Assembly (NCBI GenBank): GCA_037305845.1
Contig: CP147778.1
Coordinates: 1,888,001-1,952,000 of the forward strand
Direction of reading: 5' to 3'
Length of the DNA stretch: 64,000 nt
From: Candidatus Freyarchaeum deiterrae
GTDB taxonomy: Archaea > Asgardarchaeota > Jordiarchaeia > Jordiarchaeales > Jordiarchaeaceae
Within the stretch, counting starts at the first letter, position 1, and every line of letters starts with the position of its first letter. This document shows, piece after piece, positions 58,017 to 64,000 of the stretch. Both the position numbers and the translations under genes were made by a program. Under the pieces are notes generated by a model. That model did no database searches. It saw nothing but the letters and a program-made list of their open reading frames with translations, and was not told where the DNA came from.

Positions 58017-59225
58017 TTAGCATACGGGAATACGACCGAACGCTAACTCTTTAATAAATTTTTGCAAGTTATCGAGTTCTGATAGAACAACCTCCTTAAT
58101 CTCCTTGGATACAGCTTGTAGACTCAACCCTGGATCAAGAATCGCCTGGACCGAGGTTATCATGGGTTCGTTAATCGGTTTTCCTATCTGACTGAGAAGC
58201 CAAACATAGACTTCCTTTAATCCAGAAACCTTTTCATGAATCTCGTTTGCAATTCTATAACTTAGCAAATTGTATATTTTACCTACATGGCTTACAGGAT
58301 TTTTTCCAGCAGCGGCTTCTGATGACGTCGGCCTATTTAATGGAATAATTCCATTAACTCTATTTCCTCTACCCACTTGACCGCAATCCGCGCCATCAGC
58401 CGAAGTTCCTAAAACCGTTAAATAAACTCCGTCAATTCCCCTACCTCTCATATCCAAAGCGTTTATAGTTAGATCAACCTTTTCAAGGTTCACTCTAGAA
58501 ATAACGAACTGCTTAACTTCTTCTAGAACCTCATCCTTCTTTCTAAAATAATCTTCCTCGGAGTCTATGAACTGATCTACAAAGGCTGTGGCTACAATAA
58601 TTTTGAGATTTTTCTCTTGTCTCAGCCCCATAATTTTAACATCTTCCCCCGTTTCGGGAAAGGACTTTTTGAACTCTTTGGAATTGATAAATCTCTCAGT
58701 GTCAAAAACTATTTGCTCTGTTTCACTCATGGGTGCGAATCCTACAGCGGCCGATGTATCATTAGCACCCAGATATTTACCCTTCCTTTCAAATATATCA
58801 ACAAGAGCCTGTGATCCTCTCTTAAGCTCAATTTGATATTTCAGATGTTTTTCAGGGTCCACGAACCTCATATTATCCCTAAACCATTTTTTGGTAGTAT
58901 CAACTGTAATCTCCTCAACAGGAATCTCCGTACCTCCTACCTCAAATGTAGCTCTGTCTCCAAACACCATCAACATTGGTTTTTTAACCTCGCCTCCACC
59001 GAACTTCGTTTCCGTTTCACCTGCAGCAAGTAAACTCTTGTCAACATTGTGATGCATAATCGCTCCAAATTTCTCCATATACACTTTTGAAAGAGCTATG
59101 GAGATCTCGTTCATCACAGAATCGCAGATAGTATCCGGATGACCCAAACCTTTACGCTCACAGATCTCCATTCTCTGCTCCATTAGAGGAACTTGCTTCA
59201 ATTCATCTATCATTATGTTTACCAA
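58017..59225 (-). CDS. mat: Archaeal-type S-adenosylmethionine synthetase
   Basis: ERKGLGHPDTICD, HHNVDK, ANDTS, GEDVKIMG, GQVGRGNR, GKNPVSHVGKIYN. TTG start after SD GGAGG. Confidence 0.95.
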   Translation of the reverse strand: MVNIMIDELKQVPLMEQRMEICERKGLGHPDTICDSVMNEISIALSKVYMEKFGAIMHHNVDKSLLAAGETETKFGGGEVKKPMLMVFGDRATFEVGGTEIPVEEITVDTTKKWFRDNMRFVDPEKHLKYQIELKRGSQALVDIFERKGKYLGANDTSAAVGFAPMSETEQIVFDTERFINSKEFKKSFPETGEDVKIMGLRQEKNLKIIVATAFVDQFIDSEEDYFRKKDEVLEEVKQFVISRVNLEKVDLTINALDMRGRGIDGVYLTVLGTSADGADCGQVGRGNRVNGIIPLNRPTSSEAAAGKNPVSHVGKIYNLLSYRIANEIHEKVSGLKEVYVWLLSQIGKPINEPMITSVQAILDPGLSLQAVSKEIKEVVLSELDNLQKFIKELAFGRIPVC

Positions 59226-59574
59226 ACTTCCATCCTCCAAAACCGACTGTGAAAAGATAACCCTTAACATTCCAAAATAACTATTATATTATATTTAATA
59301 TTCCTGCGTAAAAAAATATCTTACTTTTCCAGTTTTGAAAAAGTATTTACGATTTTTAATCCTTAAACAAAACACCTTCCACGAAAGAAAGCAAAGAACA
59401 TAGTTAAAACTCAAACAATCACCGATATAAAAAACTTTGACTTCATAAGTATATCAAGGATAATCACATATACCTCAACTCAAACATCCGAAATACATTA
59501 TATGCCTAAAAAATAAATACTTGCAAGTGTTTTAGATTATTAGAACATTTTTAAGGGGATTATTATTTTTCGAG

Positions 59575-61035
59575 GTGATTTCTTTGATAGGAAGGGGCGA
59601 ATTACTAAACTATGTGGAGTATACCATAGACGCAGATATTGCACCTGAAAACCTGAATCATCTACCAGACTTTTTAAAAAAGTATTATCTTTCTCAGTAC
59701 AAAGGGTACCGTAACTTCAAAGACATAAACTCGTACATTCAAGACGGAAAAAACTACCTGAGTTACAAGGTTTTAATACCAAAAACGGAACAGTACGTAG
59801 AGGTCACAGTTGAGGCCAGTATTCCCATAAAGTTAATCATGAGACCCAGCAGTACAGACTTTTCTAAACGTTTTCTAGATGAACTATATGAAGACACTGT
59901 AATAATGATGCAAGCATTTAAAGAACAAGTTGCGTCCATGACCCTGTACTTCGCATACGTACATGGCGAAAAAATGGTTCCCGAATCCACTAAAGGTAAC
60001 AGAACGGTTGATATTCTTTTCTCAAGAAGCATGTATGGACTCTTTTTCGTTTTTATGCTGCTCAGCTATTTCTTTGTCTTAGTTTTCCAAAACTATGGAC
60101 CAATATTTTTCGGTGTTGCTTTACTGCTATTCGCAATTTTTTCTGGCAGGCTGGCCGCAAGGGGCGACTGGGTAATTACGAAAGACAGACCGGAAGTGAT
60201 TCTCCTACAGTACACTCTCACGTTGAAAGAGTACAAACAGTTTTTGAAAACTAACGCGAAAAAGATTCCCGAAATTAGGAGAAAAATTTTTAATAGTATT
60301 GTTTTGCAGGGTAAGAAAGTTACTTGTGAACTTGCGGAGAAAATATTCGCAGATTATGGTATAAACTGCCAACCTGACAGACTCTCAGTGAAAACTGTAA
60401 ACGTTTGGAAACTTGTAAATAAAGCAGCAGAAAAGTACAGACTACGTACGCCCAGAGTAGTCATAGCAAACACCGAGATAGCCAATGCGGCGGCAATGGG
60501 GCCGTCTCCACGACTTGGCGCCATGATCATAACAACAGGTATCCTACAACAACTTGAGGACAAGGAACTGCTGAGTGTCGTAGGTCACGAGATGAGCCAC
60601 TTGAAAGCACACGATCCCATATCCCTGTACAGTTTAGTTATTGCGGAATACCTAGTACAATTCTACATTTTACCCTATTACTTGGGTTATTTTGGAAATA
60701 TTGGCTTTTTGGCATTTCTTCTTGTTTCTTTTGCGCTCATTATTGGCTTAGCTAAAATTTTCGAAGGTCGTTGTGACCTAGACTCAGTAAAGTACATTGG
60801 AAATCCTGAAGATTTTGCTCAAGGATTGAGAAAAATAGCCTTCAAAAAGTTGCTTCCTATTTACAAACGTGAACCATCATACAGAAGATATAGGCGGTTA
60901 GAATGGTTATCGTTCGACACTCATCCACCAGCTTACTTCAGAATAAACCGAATTGAAAACCACAGCCAACCAATATCAAAACACACTTTCTGGGCGTCAC
61001 TTCGAGACAATATTAAGGGCTTTTGGAAACCATAA
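59575..61035 (+). CDS. M48/HtpX-like membrane zinc protease with long N-terminal extension
   Basis: IANAAAMG, VVGHEMSH, FE.RCD, THPP...RI. Confidence 0.88.
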   Translation: MISLIGRGELLNYVEYTIDADIAPENLNHLPDFLKKYYLSQYKGYRNFKDINSYIQDGKNYLSYKVLIPKTEQYVEVTVEASIPIKLIMRPSSTDFSKRFLDELYEDTVIMMQAFKEQVASMTLYFAYVHGEKMVPESTKGNRTVDILFSRSMYGLFFVFMLLSYFFVLVFQNYGPIFFGVALLLFAIFSGRLAARGDWVITKDRPEVILLQYTLTLKEYKQFLKTNAKKIPEIRRKIFNSIVLQGKKVTCELAEKIFADYGINCQPDRLSVKTVNVWKLVNKAAEKYRLRTPRVVIANTEIANAAAMGPSPRLGAMIITTGILQQLEDKELLSVVGHEMSHLKAHDPISLYSLVIAEYLVQFYILPYYLGYFGNIGFLAFLLVSFALIIGLAKIFEGRCDLDSVKYIGNPEDFAQGLRKIAFKKLLPIYKREPSYRRYRRLEWLSFDTHPPAYFRINRIENHSQPISKHTFWASLRDNIKGFWKP

Positions 61036-61313
61036 ATATGCTATTCACTAAATTTGAGAAACCCGTCGGTAAAATGGTAAACTCAATAGTTATTCGAAAT
61101 AAAAAAATAGAATTGAAACTGGAAGGAGAATAATACCTTCCATACTTTTTGTCAAAGCAATGATTAAACGAGTGAAAGAGAAATTCTTCAATCCTTTCTA
61201 CTTATGCCATAAGAAAAATAGGATTGGTAGCAAATACTTTGCTACCTTTCACGAATCTTTAACTCTAATTAATATACTCAAATGATCTATATCTAGACTA
61301 TTCTATTTTGTCG

Positions 61314-62369
61314 CTAGATGGGGAGCAAGTTTGCGAGATTAAAGGATAATGCAGTAAGGTAGCCGGGGAATATTAGTAAGACTAGAACAAAAATCACCGC
61401 TGTAGTAATCATTGGTACAAAAATGTTGTCTAACTCTCTTTGAGAGATTCCTTCGATTACTGTTGCCACTATTCCTGCAATTATTCCTATAACCAGTATC
61501 AGATTGATAGTTGGAATAAATGGGGGCATCGATATGAATGCCCAAAGGGCAGAATAAATGGCAAAAACAGGACTGGAACTGCTTAGCACCCAGAACATTA
61601 CGAAATCACTTGATGGAAAGCTTGGAATCAAGTTGATAATTGGAACCATTGAGGGTAGCGATGTGAACAAGTTTAGAGCTAGATAATTGGCTAAAATTGA
61701 AGTTGGACTGTAACTGTTTAGTAACCAGATCATTAAGAATTGCTTTAATGAAAGGCTGGGCCAGAATCCAAAGTACCTGAAGTAGTATATAACTATAAAG
61801 GTTGAGAGAACGGTCATTAGGAACACCGTTATCGAGCCCTCGACGCTACGTGTGCTTTTTCCTACGGTGTACTTGTGTTTTCCCCATCTCATTCCTATAA
61901 TGGTAGCAAGTCCGTCGCCATAGTACATTGCGAATAGACCTATACCTGCTAGAGTGAATAATGGCCAGTAGGCAGTTACTGCTGGAAAAGCAAATATGGC
62001 TACAAGGACACCAATCGAAATAATGTAGTATAACGGTCCGTAAATGTGACCCGCTTTGTAGTCGTCTGTTCTAGCCATAACTTCAAACATTGATCTCATA
62101 CTTGTGATTGGTGATTTGGGGGATGAGAGAAAGATTACTATTCCCATTACCAGAGGTACTATCACTATTATTTGTGGATTTTTAAATAAGGGGCAGAATA
62201 GTATTGCGTCTCCTGCAAAGAAGTGAATCATTTTCCTTGTGAAGCTAGGGTCGAGTCCTTTCCGCTTTCTTAGAACCTCTCCTACTCCTATAACTGAGAA
62301 AACGAAGACGAAAACGATGACTAGGACTATGATGTCGTAGATTAGATCCCACGAGGATGTATACGCCAT
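61314..62369 (-). CDS. SEC59/DGK1/VTE5-family (dolichol/phytol) kinase
   Basis: TRKMIH, GDGLATIIG..WG, RSVEGS, DNIFVP. Confidence 0.88.
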   Translation of the reverse strand: MAYTSSWDLIYDIIVLVIVFVFVFSVIGVGEVLRKRKGLDPSFTRKMIHFFAGDAILFCPLFKNPQIIVIVPLVMGIVIFLSSPKSPITSMRSMFEVMARTDDYKAGHIYGPLYYIISIGVLVAIFAFPAVTAYWPLFTLAGIGLFAMYYGDGLATIIGMRWGKHKYTVGKSTRSVEGSITVFLMTVLSTFIVIYYFRYFGFWPSLSLKQFLMIWLLNSYSPTSILANYLALNLFTSLPSMVPIINLIPSFPSSDFVMFWVLSSSSPVFAIYSALWAFISMPPFIPTINLILVIGIIAGIVATVIEGISQRELDNIFVPMITTAVIFVLVLLIFPGYLTALSFNLANLLPI

Positions 62370-62542
62370 AGTTTTTCCTCCATTTTCTTGCGGATGTATT
62401 GTGTGAACTTAAAACGATTCTTTGTTTCTGGCGCCTTAAAATAATTTCTGTTACTAATTCTTGCGTTTTTTGATTTTATTTATCTAATTATTTCTTTCGC
62501 TTTTATAAAAAAAGAATTTTTTAACACTTCTTATATATATTT

Positions 62543-63502
62543 TTAAAATCTTTGAGGTTCTACGCCGCGGTAGGCTTCTTCGTATTTCGGGTCTTTTTCC
62601 GCTTCTTCTTCTTTCTGGGAGCGTAGACTCAGTTTTTGCTTTAGCTGTTGGTTTTCCTTTTTTAGGTTTTCAAGTTGGTTTCGTAGGTCGTAAATTATTT
62701 CCTCTATGTTGTGCACCGTCTTCTCCAAGGCTTTAGTTCGCCATTCATCACGTTCCTGAAGCAGCTGTTTAAACCGGCTTTCATTCCGCGTTCTAGTAAT
62801 CTTGAGCGCTTCGGTTAATCGAGCGGTTCTTTCTCTAAATTCATTGTTTTCTTTTAATAGGCTCTGATATGCTTGGGATTTTTCTCCCTCTCTAAATTCG
62901 TTTAATTGTTGCTCCAGTAACGCTTTTTCAGTCCTAAGTTTTTCTACTTCTTGAAGACTATCAGAATGCATTATACGCGATGTTTGAAATATAGGCGTTT
63001 CCAAAATTGGCTCTTCTCCCCCTTTTATCCTGCGAAGTTCGACTAGTAATTGATATCTTTCAGCTTCTAAATCCTCCACTCTCTGCCTTAGTTCTAAAAC
63101 CTTTAAAATCAAAGGATTTTCGTCAACGGATTTAACAAGCCGAACAAACTCGGATACACTACTCAACATTTGGGTTAATTTATCCTGGCTTAAGTGAAAA
63201 GCTCTGGCAGCGTTTAATTCGTTATCGCTAATTATTTTACTAAAAGCTTCGAGAGATTTAACGGCAGAGCTATAATTCTCTTCTGTTTCCAAAACATTTT
63301 CAGGAAATCTATCCGTTGAGTTATCTTTTATAAACGAAATTAATTGAGCCATTTGATTAATATAACTCACAGCACGCTTTCTCTGCTCAATTGGGCCTCC
63401 ATCACTGCTGAGCGCCTTATCAATATTCGCCTCTGTTTCAAACCATTTCAGCAATCTCTGAATCTTGAAGGCCGCTTCTTCAAGATTACCGATTTCAATC
63501 AT
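62543..63502 (-). CDS. Coiled-coil protein of unknown function
   Basis: Long heptad-rich ORF. Confidence 0.7.
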   Translation of the reverse strand: MIEIGNLEEAAFKIQRLLKWFETEANIDKALSSDGGPIEQRKRAVSYINQMAQLISFIKDNSTDRFPENVLETEENYSSAVKSLEAFSKIISDNELNAARAFHLSQDKLTQMLSSVSEFVRLVKSVDENPLILKVLELRQRVEDLEAERYQLLVELRRIKGGEEPILETPIFQTSRIMHSDSLQEVEKLRTEKALLEQQLNEFREGEKSQAYQSLLKENNEFRERTARLTEALKITRTRNESRFKQLLQERDEWRTKALEKTVHNIEEIIYDLRNQLENLKKENQQLKQKLSLRSQKEEEAEKDPKYEEAYRGVEPQRF

Positions 63503-63641
63503 TGCTTCTACCCCACATATTATAATTTTGACTAAGCAAGCACCCCTAATAAAAGTTATTTAATTCCTGCCACTATTCACCTTAAATATTAATATGTTTG
63601 TTGCTGTTTTTATCTTTACGTAATACCTAATGAGTTCTAAA

Positions 63642-64000
63642 TCAATTTTCTTCAAATTCCCCCGTTGAAGTTCTATGCATTTTTCCAAATTCTTCCCGAA
63701 CCTCTCTTAAATTCTGACTGGTGAGCACCGGGCCGTCCTTACAGACAAGAAAAGAGCCTATGCAACAGCTTCCGCAGAGGCCAAATCCACACTTCATGTA
63801 TCTTTCAAGTGCCGCCTGTAAAGGAATACCATTCCTCTCTGTTGCTTCAAATATTTTGTACATCATTTTTTCTGGACCGCATGTATAAACTTGGTCAAAG
63901 TCGTTTTTTTCAATCATTTCAGAAGCCTGATCGCCGGCCATCTTTTTTAGGCCAGTGCTGCCATCATCCGTGCATGTGATGAGATGATTTCTACCAACTT
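63642..64000 (-). CDS. pyrK: Dihydroorotate dehydrogenase electron-transfer subunit (5'-truncated by window edge)
   Basis: TDDGS, YTCGPE.MM, ERYMKCGFGLCGSC...CKDGPV. Confidence 0.88.
   Translation of the reverse strand, partial: VGRNHLITCTDDGSTGLKKMAGDQASEMIEKNDFDQVYTCGPEKMMYKIFEATERNGIPLQAALERYMKCGFGLCGSCCIGSFLVCKDGPVLTSQNLREVREEFGKMHRTSTGEFEEN

Overview
Asgard-archaeal chromosomal segment. The assignment rests on ESCRT-I/II genes (Vps23, Vps28, Vps22/36), a full ubiquitin cascade (JAMM, Ub, E2, E1, RING proteins), roadblock, longin and small-GTPase genes, and archaeal MAT, Cdc6 and EndA. The most striking signal is not in the ORF track: tRNA genes each broken by FOUR bulge-helix-bulge (BHB)-type introns. 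tRNA-Leu(GAG) lies at 74-267 (introns at 21/22, 37/38, variable loop, 58/59). A second four-intron Leu(GAG) copy at 904-1092 has compensatory stem changes but no 5' acceptor strand. tRNA-His(GUG) lies at 33594-33790 (introns at 15/16, 37/38, 53/54, 59/60, with a 6-nt exon), about 280 nt downstream of a splicing endonuclease gene that carries the broad-specificity crenarchaea-type loop. Removing the introns by hand gives canonical cloverleaves. Other notable items: a ~450-nt ORF-free structured RNA candidate (4795-5270); a ubiquitin cluster with DNA-repair-like domain architectures next to an AAA-SMC5/6-like-kleisin-kite operon; a 2861-aa HEAT-repeat protein; a pseudo-LarA paired with a GTPase; and a FolP with a C-terminal accessory domain. 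The rest is housekeeping (pst operon, iscSU, mat, pyrK). Protein calls come from motif recognition by eye, without database searches.
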